Positions 14,601-28,707 of a stretch of DNA of 64,000 nucleotides are shown piece by piece. Source of the stretch: Tubulanus polymorphus (Eukaryota > Animalia > Nemertea); the NCBI RefSeq assembly GCF_964204645.1, contig NC_134026.1, forward strand, positions 24,152,150-24,216,149. Reading direction: 5' to 3'. The stretch's first letter is position 1, and each line of letters starts with the position of its first letter. A model generated the notes under the pieces. That model saw only the letters and a list, made by a program, of their open reading frames with translations, searched no databases and was not told where the DNA came from. The translations under genes were made by a program, and so were the position numbers.

Positions 14601-15375
14601 ACATTTTCTGTGTGAAATAAAAATTGTGAAGTAATGCAAAGTTAAATTGAAATTTTAACATTGGTTTTCATGTAAGCATTCTCAGAGTTTGTCATGCACA
14701 TTCCCTTGTTCATAACATCATCCTTTTCTGATAAGGCTTCCCGTTTGTTCAGGACCTCACTTCCGGAAAATGAATTTAACAACGGACTTGCTCATTTTAC
14801 CTCCTGGCATTCAAAAGTGGTAATCTTCTGTGCCAACTGTCAATTAAAACCCTGAGCCCTTACCTCAAGGATAGACACTTATCCACATTATTTAGTTAAA
14901 GCGTTGTCACTATCAAATCTCTACTTCAATGTTACAATATGAAGAACATTAGTGCATCCGCTGTCAGAACCCCGACGTACGTGAAAATGGTAGAAAGTGG
15001 TTAGCGTCTCTTGCCCGGCTTCCCTCTTGCCAACGCTGTAGTGGTATTATGTTCAACAATGAAATTTCATGATTTAGGGTGGATTGAAAATACCAAACGT
15101 ATCGTGAAAGTGTCATATGCCCGAGGAGGAGGTTCAACGTAACAATTGACCGCCGCATTAGACTTCACATGATCTTATAATGGGGTTTTGGTTGTGGGCT
15201 GCATAAGCTTGAACAAACCTTCACCAAGGAAACTACATTTCACAGGACAAGAATATTTCAAATTCCATGACGAGTGCGCACCACCACCACCGAGAGGAGA
15301 TATGACCTTTTTCAAAACAAAAACTAACTTCTATTTCTTGTGTTGGCAATAATTATTTAACCTCTTTTACACATC

Positions 15376-16810
15376 TTACAATACGTAATCGGGGAATTCG
15401 AAAACGACCTCTTTTCCCGTCAGTTTCTTGTATACAGCCGTAAATGTTTCCAACTGAAAGATTAATGATTGAAAAAATACCGTTACAATTTTTTCATCAA
15501 AACGAAGACCACCAAGAATCTAGCGCGCAAATCAACGTTAGTACCTTGTGTTCGATATTGGTTTGCTGGTTTTTGTCGAGGTGTACTTTAATAAGCCGTG
15601 AACCATCCAATTTGATTCTGATTCGTTTGCCTACAATCTCTGCCGGGTAGCACAAGTCCTCGAGGATGTTATCGTGGACACTGGTTAATGTTCGGCTGAA
15701 AATAACGACAAACGCAATAAAGCAACATTCATAAAGATTTTATGCAACGGCACTAGAAAGTAGTAATAAATACATGTCAATTGTTTCTACTGCAACACAT
15801 GATCGTCAACCATATGTCATACAATTGAGAAACGATTTGTTTCATGTAGTCCAAAAGCGAAACTTGATGAGTTTGAGTTAGAACTCATCCAGTATTAGAA
15901 TGGACAAATTTCTATATAGTCAACACCGGATATACAACCCCCTGATTAGCCACCGCCCCTGTCTGATGTTGGGCTTCTGAACATCTGTGTTTCATCTCAG
16001 AATTTATCTAAATTAATCCCCGTGCGATATACCCGTGCCATATTCCAATTAGCAAGGCACACTTTTAACATTGATTTTTGTTACCAAACAAATCTGTAGT
16101 TGATAATAATATGGTTAAGTCTATCAGGATGAAATGGCATAGAGAAAAGGCTTTTTACCTCCTGGGTCGCTTCTGTTTGCTATTATTGGTGCTTTTTCTG
16201 GTTGGTTTCGCTAAAATACGTCGCTGAAAACATACAAAAGAATTCAATAAATTTGAAAATTTATTTTTTTGATAACCCATGAAAAATAATCTTGTTTATC
16301 TGTTTTTCTTACCTGAGCAACAAAAACTACATGTTTACCGCTGAACTTCTTTTCCAGTTCCCTGACTAATCTGGTCTGGATTTTCTGGTAGGCCCGCAGT
16401 TGTGGGACAGGTACGAAGATGATGATCGCCTTTTTGCCGGCAATATCAATTTCCTGAATGAAACAAAAGCAATCAGCATTTGTCGTTTTAACTGGCTTTC
16501 AAAATAACTGGACACTTTTAATCATGATTAGCTTCTATAGCCTGCTGACAATACCTTAGCTCCAGTAATGAATAATTCACGGAGTTGTGCTTTCAAATCA
16601 CTGTTCATTTCAAGATCCAGAAGAGCCTAGAAGAAATATTTTGAAAAAAGATTCTTTATCATGCCTAATAAACCCATCAGAAATTCAAAATACATCTTCG
16701 GTTAACATTTCAAGTGAGAAAAGGTTTACCTGAGAAATAGAGGATTCAAATTCATCAGGTTTCCTGGTAGTGCCCGCAGGCTTAACGATTTTGGCGCTTG
16801 CCGAGTACAT
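15376..16810 (-). CDS. RPS7: 40S ribosomal protein S7 (eS7), 6 coding exons
   Basis: Spliced translation [27 protein letters not shown] / [24 protein letters not shown] / [47 protein letters not shown] / [16 protein letters not shown] / [34 protein letters not shown] / [25 protein letters not shown], closely matching recalled eS7. It is missed by the ORF track because the exons are short. Confidence 0.97.
15772..15907 (-). ncRNA. Intronic box H/ACA snoRNA, predicted to guide pseudouridylation of LSU (28S) rRNA
   Basis: On the minus strand: hairpin 1 (GUCCA...UGGAC, upper stem GAUGAGUU/AACUCAUC), H box ACAUGA, hairpin 2 (AUCGUUUCU...AGAAACAAU), then ACA 3 nt from the end; ~136 nt. Pocket strands UCUAAU and UUCGCUUU are complementary to the LSU segment AAAGCGAA-UG-AUUAGA, with 14 nt to the H box. 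Confidence 0.8.
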
Positions 16811-17089
16811 CTAAAATTAGGATATAAAACATATATTCAATCAATATCAGGAAGGCTTATGTCATAAAATGAACAGACCTATATAGGCCAAACAGAAAAT
16901 GAATATCTCAAAAATGATACAAATTGATATTGTCGATTGATAATGATGGCGAATGAAATTTTGGTTTTGAAACAGACAGGAAGAAGATATTGAAATCAGT
17001 AGAGGAAGTGATTCTTTTGAGGAGACTGCTGGAAGTTCAGAGGCAAGCATAAAAACTAGACCACAGAAGCGAAGTGTAAGTTACTCTTT

Positions 17090-17660
17090 CAGGGCCAAAA
17101 ACCAAACATCTATTTGTGAGAATCTAATTCTGATACTTTCGTGAAGGTTTTTTGAACATTTCATCGCGACAGCTGAAAATCTAGTTGGACAATCGGTGTT
17201 TCAAACTGTTTTATCGCATCGATCGACGCAATTTTCCAATTTGTAATAAACCTAAATGTTTCTGTTTTTCAGCCTACTTTGTTAGTTTGTAATTAAATCT
17301 TAATGGTAAAGTGCAAAAAGGTATTTTTTTGCAAATATTTCACAAACCTTGTACACTTTCACGACGCCGGAAGTAGAAGAGGCAAATAGTCTCGTAATTT
17401 GTTACAATATGATATACCTTGGTTTTAAGAATCGAATAAACCCTAATGTACTACTAATGAAATGCCAATTTATTGTAGATTTCTATATTTTTCAATCATA
17501 TGAACGAAGATGACTGGATTATGTGGAATAATTTGAGTAAATATCTTCATTAGCGAGATTAATTGACCACATGATATACAAAATGGCGGCGCGTTGAACC
17601 CTATATTAATAATTTAAGTGTCGATAATTTGAAAGAGCCCGTCTGTCCTGCAGCATGTAA
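17090..17660. promoter_or_regulatory. Bidirectional promoter region between RPS7 and RNASEH1
   Basis: Divergent start codons are only ~850 bp apart. ETS/GABP motif CCGGAAGT (~17367-17374) and YY1 motif AAAATGGCGGC (~17580-17590) are present. Confidence 0.55.
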
Positions 17661-17661
17661 T

Positions 17662-19694
17662 ATGCTCAAATATTTTCAGAGAAATTCTCTTCATACATTT
17701 ATTTGGTTGAAAATGGTTTACTACGCCGTCCGTGTTGGTCGAACACCAGGTATATATCATTCTTGGTAAGTATTTCTTTTTTAATTTTAGCATGTGTGCT
17801 GTGAGTGTAAAGACAAAGTATTAAACCAAACTGAGAAGGAAGTGGAAATGGTTCTATAATGCCTTGTTGTGCCGTTTGCAAACTATGAACATAATTCCGT
17901 CAATGAATTTTTACTATTTTTTTAGGGCAGAATGTGAAGCTCAAATAAAAGCATATCCAAAAGCGCGGTTCAAAAAATTCAAATGCCAGAATCAAGCTCA
18001 AGAATTTATTCGTCAAACAGCCGGTGAAATCGATGGAGAATCCAAAATAGATGTGGATGAGTCAGAAGAGAATGGTACCGTTATTCATCAATTCATCAAA
18101 CCACCATGTTATCCTCTAGGCGAAAATTATAAACCTGAAAAGTGTTTGCAGTCAATATCGACCAATAAAGCACATAAAAGGAAAAGTGTGTATTCTAAAC
18201 AAAAGCATTTTTGTTTTGATTATGGTACAAATCATTCATCGCTGTAATTCTCATTACAGATGAATTGCCGATAATGATCTCAGATGATGATGATGATGAG
18301 TTGTTAGGGCACGCTCTTGATGTGTCACAAGCTGAAACATTGAATTCATCCACATCCAATAAAAACAGTCATGCTGCACCATCTGAAGCTGATCGAAATC
18401 TCATAGTCGATGCCTGTCAAATGGCGGAGAAACTGAATGAAACTGCTAAACATTTAAACAAGACTGCTCTGCAGCTTAAAGACACCGCTAAGGAACTATT
18501 GAACCATGTGTCAACACTGAATTCAAAGTTCAATATTTGTAATAGTTCGATTCTGTCTAGTTCGAAACGTAAGAAGTTATCTGGTGATTCAGTAAATGAA
18601 AGCCATAGATTCATGTCTAATGATACAGGTAAGTTATTAATTAGTTCTACCAATTTAAGAGGACTGTCAAACCACAACTCTACCCTGGCTTGAATCCCTG
18701 TCGAGGGAAGATGGTTGCGTTTAGGTTTAAGCTAGGGTAGAAAAGGTTGAATTTGTTCTCATTACAAAATTGATTTCTAGCCAAAGCATAACAACACAAA
18801 ACTTGAAATTGTCCTCGATAAAACCTTTTTTTTAAGGATTCAATATGACTGGAAGTGCTGTTATTGTTTATACTGATGGTGCTTGTTCTTCCAATGGTAA
18901 AAAAGGAGCAGCTGCCGGTATTGGTGTATATTGGGGTGAAGGTCATCCAATGTAAGCAAACTTGGATGAAATTTCGTTCCTTTGTTTCCTACCAAATTTC
19001 CATTTCCCAATAAAATTTTCGTCATTGTGAATTGCCAGGAATGTTAGTGAAAGATTACCAGGAAGGCAAACAAACAACAGAGCTGAGATTCATGTAAGTT
19101 GGTCAATTATCTATTACTACAGATTCCTAAGTAAATAAGAGATGATTACGTGTTTTGTATCCAAAATTTTCTTTCAGGCAGCAGTTAAAGCTATCAAACA
19201 GGCAAAATCTATGAATAAACTGAGTGTCAAGTTACATACAGACAGTCAATTTCTCATAAATTGTAAGTTTGAAACAATTATTGATCTGGTAGTACAACCA
19301 AATCTGAAGTTTCTTTTGATCAATTATTAATTCACGATACATGGTAGTTTTTGCATTATTTTCTACCCTTAGTTTGGTTTTATTCAAATATATTTCTAGC
19401 TGTTACAAAATGGATGAAAAACTGGAAAAGAAATGGCTGGAAACTTGCTTCTGGTGAGCCTGTTGTAAATCGTGAAGATTTTGAAGCGCTTGACCTTGCC
19501 ATGTGTGGCATGAATATTCAATGGGTATGTTGCAGAAAATAAGGCCTCCATTCTGATAAGAGTGTTTGTTGCATTGTACAAACTATCCATATTTGTTATA
19601 GGTTCATGTTCGGGGACATGCTGGGATACTGGGTAACGAAGAAGCCGATCGCCTTGCTAATGCAGGAGCAAAGAAGAATGAAATTATACTATGA
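17662..19694 (+). CDS. RNASEH1: Ribonuclease H1, 8 coding exons (end of exon 2 uncertain)
   Basis: N-terminal hybrid-binding domain [33 protein letters not shown]. Catalytic domain [55 protein letters not shown]. Stop TGA at 19692-19694. Confidence 0.95.
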
Positions 19695-22002
19695 AAACGT
19701 ATTCCATGGTTCAATGGTACATGTTAGATCAGATATTTTCTTGTTGACAGAAGTAACAACAATCAGTAAAAACTGAGTTCTTTTCATGAGAAATGTTTGA
19801 CACTCTTTTCTTTTGTATTTTTATAATAAAATGGTATCCAAGTCTTTGCATATTGTGTTGCCTTGCATGCATTTAAAGTTGTAAATAAATCAAAGTTTTG
19901 TTTCTATTTCAATACATTTGCATGTTTTGGTGTTTTTTATCTGCTCTGAAGACTCAGCACTGTGTGGAGATGATGGAAATGACATGAATCATTTCAACAG
20001 ATTTTGATTGAATGCACCGGTAGGCTTTTCATATACATGTATACATATCCCCAAGGTTTGCTTTACTAAAATGTGCTTACGAGATATTACAACTTGTGTC
20101 AAATGCATCAAATTTTCATATAACTAGCATTGAATTAACCTTACGCAACTGTGTTTCAGCTCCATCATAGCACCATTAATTTGAGCCAACTAACAGATAA
20201 GTGTATGTCCATATACAAAATTTATTGAATTAGATATCTTATACACTATAGGTGTTGCACAACTCGGGCTACTTGGTCTATGATTGAAATGGATCAATAA
20301 TAGTAGTCATTCAAGACTAATGAAATTCACCAAATTGTCCATGTAGAAAGAAAACTTAAACATATATTGGTACTGCTTATATAAATCAGTAAAATTTAAC
20401 TGGAATTCTAGACCTGAATATACTTTAGTTACCCAGATTAATTAAGCATGTTTGACATCTACACGACATGTAGAAATGACATACATCATGGTATACAACC
20501 TTTTTCGTTGACAAACAAAAAAAAAACGTTCTTATTTGTGATTATAATTTTTGTTATGGTTTTAGCAATACAGACATGTACATTTCCATAAATCATTCTA
20601 TTTTTGCTTCATGCACTTGGGTGACTGATCCAAGGCATTTCATGTACGAAATAACAGAAATTGCATATATATGTACGAAAGACCAAAAGAGAAAAGACCC
20701 TTCGCATGCTCTAGTTTTAAGGGAGTGAAGTGGTCATAAATATGAAAAATAATCTAGGATAAATTGGATATTTGAAGGGTAAGCATAACACTTTTTGCCA
20801 ATACCAGGTAAATTGCACTTTCAAGACAAGGCTATTTACTGGTATAGTGCCATCTACTGTCATAATTATCCAATGACTGGAAACATTCACACAACACATG
20901 AACAGCAAAAATCCCTGATAATACAATAACTTTACATATACGTATGTTCAGAGTACCATAGATTTTGAAGCAGCAATATGATACAAGTCCAAATGGTTTT
21001 TTTATGAATCTAAGTTCCATTCAAGTCTCAGCCCAACAGATATCATATCGGACTAAAGATTATATCTAAAATCAGCGATAGCTATCGAGACAATTTCTTT
21101 CAGATTAAAAATCCTGAACGAAGTATCGAACATCTTGATACATTTTGGTAACTTTCTTTAAATGTCAGTACAATAAGCAATAAAGGTTAACTATAGTAAT
21201 ATCGAGTCCATCAATAAATAAGTAGGTAGTGTTGAACAATGTTATTTATTTTCAATTAAAAGAGTAACTCAAAATTTACATTAGGTATGCGTAATAAGTT
21301 CTGAAGCGAAGTACAAAATGTTACTAGAAGATTTTAATGGTAATGAAGAAAAAAAACCCAATGGATTGATACACACACAAATTGTTTTTGACAATATCTA
21401 AGTATTTCATAACCGTTCTTTAAAAGTAAATATGCACCTAGAAAATGTCTACCAGTACAAATTAGAAACAGAAACCAGAGCGATGTTTTCATGTACGGTA
21501 ATCATTCTTTTGCCAATTTTCTCTTTTGCTATAAGGGGACAGTGGTTTGGTTTGCCTTTAAGTTTCATAAAAAATCCTGCATTTCCTAATCCTTTTACTA
21601 ATATCCTGTTCAGTTAAATCAACGTCAATCGGCTCAGCACAGGAATTTAATACACAGTTTTCAGAATCATAACAACAAGATAGAAACAACTACTTAATAG
21701 ACTTTTTTCATCATATCATTTTATCACTGGCATTAACGTTGATCTTATACCGGTATAACCACTAAACATGACAGCAGCATTTACAAAGCTTGAATTAATG
21801 ATAAAAACAATTCAAAACTTCATACACGTGCAAAGCTATTATCAAGAGTTTATAAGTTCACACCAATTCTAACATGACAAATATTTTTTTTCAACTGTCA
21901 CTTTATGCAGACTATATCTTCGCAGTAACAATTTCAATAAATCGTTAAGGATACCAAGCTTTCGTCTTTAAATTAAATTAAAACTATAAATACGCATCGA
22001 GA

Positions 22003-23199
<1,197 letters not shown>

Positions 23200-23245
23200 T
23201 CATGCATTCCACAAAGATAGTTCCAAGATATAGTGATTACTAATA

Positions 23246-24056
23246 CAGTCAAACTCGGTTAAGTCATCATCGTTTTATTCGTCATTTTGTTTAAGTAGTC
23301 AGTTTTTGTAAGAACGAAATATATTCTTCATTATTCCAAAGAAAATTCTGTGGTTAATTCGTCTCTTATAAGTCGTCATTTTGTTTAAATCGTCGTTGTA
23401 ATGTCGGTAAAATTAGTCAATTTCCACGTAAAATGCCTCGGTTAACTCGTCGCGGGAAATTTTCTGAATGCTACTGTAATCAATACATTCCAATATACAT
23501 ATATTGGGGCCTGCTGCTTTTTATTTATTTCTCTTGATATTCTTCCCACCTTGATATTGGAGTGTCTATAGCACTGCCTTCTTGAAATTTACCAATAAAT
23601 GACCGGGGGAAAAAAGATACGGTAGTTTTCAATTTTATTTTGTTCTCCCCTTTAAATTCTTTTGATAAAAATACCCTAATGCCAAAAGAAAAACTATTCA
23701 CTGAGGACACTCTTTAAATAAATACGAATTACACACGGCTGCACTGAGTCACCCATCAAGATCCGAGCCCCGATTAACGTTGCTTAACTTCTAATGGTTA
23801 ACCGCTTGCATACGATGTTTACTGTCATATTATTCTGACATCGTCGAGGATTTACATGAACCGGGAGAGATATTCATGGATTTTCACAAGCTCAGGGGTG
23901 TTTTAAGTAAATATTCTGGATGGATGAGTACCATTTTATCCATATTAAGTGTTTTGGGGAACATTGAAAAATTATCACATAGGCCTAACTCGTCACTTGG
24001 ATAAGTCGTCGTTTCAGTATCGGTCCCCCGGACGACGACTTAACCGAGTTTGACTG
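23246..24056. mobile_element. 811-bp non-autonomous Tc1/mariner (pogo/Tigger-type) MITE in the ELOC 5' intron
   Basis: TIR CAGTCAAACTCGGTTAAGTC at both ends, TA target duplication on both sides, and repeated subterminal (TAA)GTCGTC motifs. Confidence 0.85.
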
Positions 24057-24214
24057 TAATTGCAGTATTAAAGTGCAGGGAGATAGTTTCACTACAGGGC
24101 CTATGTTTCAACTTCGGCATACAGTGACAGTGGGAAGGTGACCTAACTAAAACTGTAGTTCACACAACCACAATGTGGCAATCGGCCTAGTACATAAAAC
24201 AAAATCGTCTAACA

Positions 24215-24454
24215 CAGGGTATGATCTAAGCACTTGTCCGATTGTTCGGGACAAGTATATTATCATAAGGGCAAGTAGGTTATCATTATCACTTGTCCTC
24301 CGGGCTAGTGGAATTCTATGTTTCAAAGCTTTTTGCCAATTGATACAACAGTTGGACTGCTTGTGTAGGGCAAGTAGATTTTTGAGGGGGCAAGTAAAAT
24401 TTCAGATATGCTTGCCCCCGGGCAAGTGGTTCTAATTCCTTAGATCGGACCCTG
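24215..24454. mobile_element. Small MITE-like element
   Basis: 14-bp imperfect TIR CAGGGTATGATCTA / TAGATCGGACCCTG, repeated internal GGGCAAGT motifs, and flanks CTAACA / CTAACG resembling a decayed TSD. Confidence 0.45.
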
Positions 24455-25932
24455 CTAACGAGATCAAAATTGCGTTGATTAAGCAATTTTGAAAATGTGC
24501 ATGCAAGGCCTTTATGATCAGTGACAGTCATTCCTCTATAATGCACAGGGACTGTTTGTGTCAAGTCCCTGTGCTATAATGTAGGCCCCTAATTTATAAT
24601 AATATGCGAACACACATTATACATCACGATTAATCGGCTGTGGTATGAAGCTTCTGCTATTGATTCAAAGAGAATTGAAAAACACAAAAAATTCAAATAT
24701 AGATGAACAATAACAGCTTAACGATTAATTCAATGACAAGGCCCATACAGTTATCACAAAAAAACCAATTTCGTCAGAGGTTTTTTTAAATTTATTTGTT
24801 GCCAAGAAGGTCGGGCTGTGTTGAAATCTAACGCTTTTAAGGCGCAATTACACCGATTCACGACCCAAAACAACGTCAAACAGTTAATGGGATACAATAT
24901 TCAATTCTCAGAAGTACGATTTTAGAGAAATTTCGAATAGAAGTCGAACAAAATCGCCGCTTTTTACCGATGCAATGCGTGATGTGTGAAGTGTCCCTAC
25001 CAACAAAGATGATTCCCGATTTCGGCCGAGCGTAAAAAACGGACGTTGGACTTTCACGGTACTTGATAATCTAATTATGTAATATTTTCTAATTTCTTTC
25101 TTATTTTTTTAAGGGGTTCATAGTTAAATTGTTAGATTTCTAAATGCTTGATTTAATGAATTGAGAAGTCACCTTCAAAATTAATAAAATTCCACGGTAA
25201 CAGTTAAGTTGACTTATTCTGCGGCTCGCGATTTCACTTCCTGTTTTGATTATTTAATGAAGATGAAAATTTCCTCAATAAAATATCATTATCGACCAAT
25301 GTTTGCCCTTTGATGAAATCATTGAATAATTGTTGAAAATGTACACAGTGATTATCTCATTACCACTTATTGCAGCATGCTGTAAGTATTCGTTATAAAC
25401 ATAAACGAAAGATTCCAGTTTCGAAAGTGTAAATTTACTAAATCTGCTGGAGAATGGAATTGACACTGACTGACAGCAGGGGTCTAGGCCCTGGATTTTA
25501 TTTCACTTCTAGTTGACCTCTGACTGTAGGAGGAATCGAATCAAGTATCTGCTGTATTGTAGATGTCAGAATTTTTTTATTGTAAAGTTTGATTAATTCA
25601 CTACTACTGCCACTACTGAAAGTGAAATCTACAATTTGATAAAAAGATTGAGATGAATTGGTTAGTTCAAAAAGAAAGGTTTTCAAATTTGATTTAAAAG
25701 ACTAGAAAGACTAGATAAATATGACTCAAAAGCCCTCTTTTGGCAAAATTTCTATTTTGATGTGACATTTTGTGGATAAAAGCTCAGTGAAGCGCGGCAA
25801 TCAATTATTGATACTTAACACATTTGAATATTGTTTTAAAATTTTTGTTATGTTACATTTTCCAGGGTTACTGGTTGAGAAACTGTGAATGGTTGAGTCA
25901 ATCAAGTTAACTGACCTGTCCCCTGCCACAGG

Positions 25933-28707
25933 ATGGAAGGATCTGAAGGACAAAAATGGTCATGTGAATATTGCACTTATGAAAATTGGCCCGTTGCGAA
26001 GAAATGTACCTTATGCCATGCTCCCCGACCATTGCAGCTCATCTCCCAGGCAGTTAGCGATCCCGAACAAGACATTTACAAGTTGGCCCCTCTCCTGACA
26101 CAGGATGCTGCTAGTGCAACGAGCACAAGTTCTTTTTTGATAAGCCAGTGTTATGATCCTACAAAAAAATGGTCGTGCCCAGCATGTACATATCTAAACT
26201 GGCCACGTTCCCAAAAATGTGTACAATGTATGACAGCACGCCAACAGACCCCAACGACATCGGAACCTTCATCAACTACAGCCTCAAATGAACAACAGTT
26301 GAGTCCTCTCAGCATAAACGTGAACATCACTCCATCAGGAAGTCCAGGATCTCGCCATTCCTCCCCAAGCTCACCCGAGGCGGCTAAAGAACTCAATAAT
26401 GATCGTAATCGCCTTGTTGCTTTAAAACAAGGAAAATGGACCTGTAGAGCTTGTACATATGACAATTGGCCGAAATCGAATAAATGTGTCATTTGCGCGA
26501 CGCATAGAGGACGTCAGTTTGAAGCAGGGGCAGCTGGTGGCCATAGCCCGAGAATTATATCTCCTGATTTTGATGAACAGTGCAGCAGTAGCAGTACCAG
26601 TACTAGCAATAATCGTCAAAGTGAAAGTCGCAGGCGACAGTCACCAACAAGAAGCATTCGCAGCGCTGAAAGTCCAGAAATATATGGAGCAACAGCTGCT
26701 CCTCGCATTATACAGGAGGACAATAATATCACTCAAGAGCGTAAATTAAAACAGATTCGCAATCGATTACGTAAAGTGGACTGGTTGTGGTTGAATGCGT
26801 GTAAGGGTGTAATTGACGGTGATGTACACGCAGTTGAAGCCTATTTGACGTCCGGAGGTAATCCCGCACGCCAGTTGACGAACGACGAAATATCACTGCT
26901 CGGTCGTCCAAGCGCGTATGAAATTGGTTACACGCTTGTTCATTTGGCGATTCGTTACCAACGTGAAGATACATTAGCAGTATTACTCACATCGACAGAC
27001 ACACCAAGCAAAGCAATAAAGCGAGTCCCATCTCATGTTAGCCCAGATTTGGCAGCAGATATTCGAAGGGATGTGGCAGGAAATTTACGCCAGCGAAAAG
27101 GAGACTTTCCTTGTTACTTCGTTACTGATTTGGTTACTTTTGCTTTGCCAGCTGGTGAGTAGAGTTTACTAATTCTTTAAGTTCATATCTATCACATTAA
27201 CTACATTTGCTATGAATCGATGCATTAAAATCTTTGTCATGCGGTTTTCTTCAGAAATTGAAGATCTTCCGCGACCGATTCAAAAACAGTTATTTGAAGA
27301 ACTCTTAGATAGCGACGTTCAGAAAGGTAAGACGGAAAGTACATATTAATGTTTTCAATTTAATTTGTTCATTGTACAACGGTATAGAATGTTATCTTGT
27401 ATCTCATTGAATTTGGTAGAATTAGAAGTTGAGGAGCCTATAATAAACTGGAGTGTCGAGTTAACCGATCGCCTTGGAAGTCGGCTGTACGCATTGTGGA
27501 ATCGAACAGCTGGTGATTGCTTGTTAGATTCAGTGTTGCAAGCAACCTGGGGAATCTTTGACAGGGATAATACTTTACGTCGGACACTAGCTGATAGTCT
27601 GTGTGATGGAGCCGCTACGTAAGATTGAAAAGAATATTTCAAAGATTCACTATAAAAATGCACACTTGTAGGCTAGAAAGTTTTGAAATATTTTATATCT
27701 TGTAGATTTTATCCTCGCTGGAAAGAGTTTGAGTCTATGCAAGCTCAGTCCTTACAATTCACCCTCGATGAAAGTCAATGGGAACGTGATTGGGCCATCT
27801 TACTAAGTCTCGCTACTCAACCAGGTAGATTATTTCAAATGTGAGGCATTCTTTACTACCAGGTATTTCATACTATCTTCATATCACTTTTTCTTTATAG
27901 GCGCATCCTTGGAACAAACACACATATTTGCTTTGGCTCATATTCTCAGACGGCCAATTATTGTCTACGGTGTCAAATTTGTAAAAAGCTTTAGGGGTGA
28001 TGCAATCGGCTTTGCCAGATTTCAAGGTATGTTTCCATTACGCTCGATCTTGTTGAATTTTTCAGCTCTTTTTCTAGCAGCTAATACACACAATTTTACT
28101 TGATGCTTGTTTTAGGCATATATTTACCAATTCTGTGGGAATCCAGTTTTTGCTGGAAAACACCAATAACACTGGGGTATACACGGGGACATTTCTCGGC
28201 GCTAGTTCCTCTGGAAACTGATAATGATCGTAATATTGGTGCCAGTTGTAATCTTGATGGCAGCACTGATCAACAGATCACATACCTACCACTTATGGAC
28301 AGCGAAGGCAAACTCTTACCAATTCATTTCTTATCAGCATCTCAGGTGGGTGGAAAACCATTTGTCATCTGTATATAATCATCACAAGATCTTAAATCTT
28401 CACTACAGCTATGAAATCAATAAACAAACCATTCTATCAATCATTTACTTAACTTTCTATAATTTATGATTTGTTATAGTTGGGTAAAGAAGAAACAATC
28501 ATGCACGAGTGGATGGACTGTTGTCAGACAACGGGGGGCCTGCTAGTCGCGCAGATGAAAGTTGGTAAGAAACCAGGACTAGTTCGACAGATGATCGACG
28601 AATGGTTAGATTTTTATCGTCGATTATCGCATGTAGTGAATAATAGCCAGTCATCAGCAGCACCGGTTCACACATTGTCTAGTGATGGTGAATCTGAAGA
28701 TGAATAG
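25933..28707 (+). CDS. ZRANB1: Ubiquitin thioesterase TRABID/ZRANB1; exons 25933-27154, 27255-27326, 27420-27618, 27706-27824, 27901-28026, 28116-28345, 28480-28707
   Basis: Three NZF fingers (WxCxxCTYxNWP..KC..C), AnkUBD (YTLVHLAIRYQR) and OTU domain (WNRTAGDCLLDS, LEQTHIFALAHILRRPIIVYG, YTRGHFSAL), with phase-consistent GT-AG junctions. Confidence 0.96.

Noticed and set aside
11670-15300. Short ORFs downstream of the SLC7 stop codon
   Set aside because: Composition fits a long 3' UTR or intergenic DNA; there is no splice-consistent gene model.
15695-16160. U17/snR30 snoRNA, known from some vertebrate RPS7 introns, or a second H/ACA RNA at ~15930-16075
   Set aside because: U17 motifs AUAUUCCUA and AAACCAU were not found. 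The second candidate has an H-like box but no properly placed ACA.
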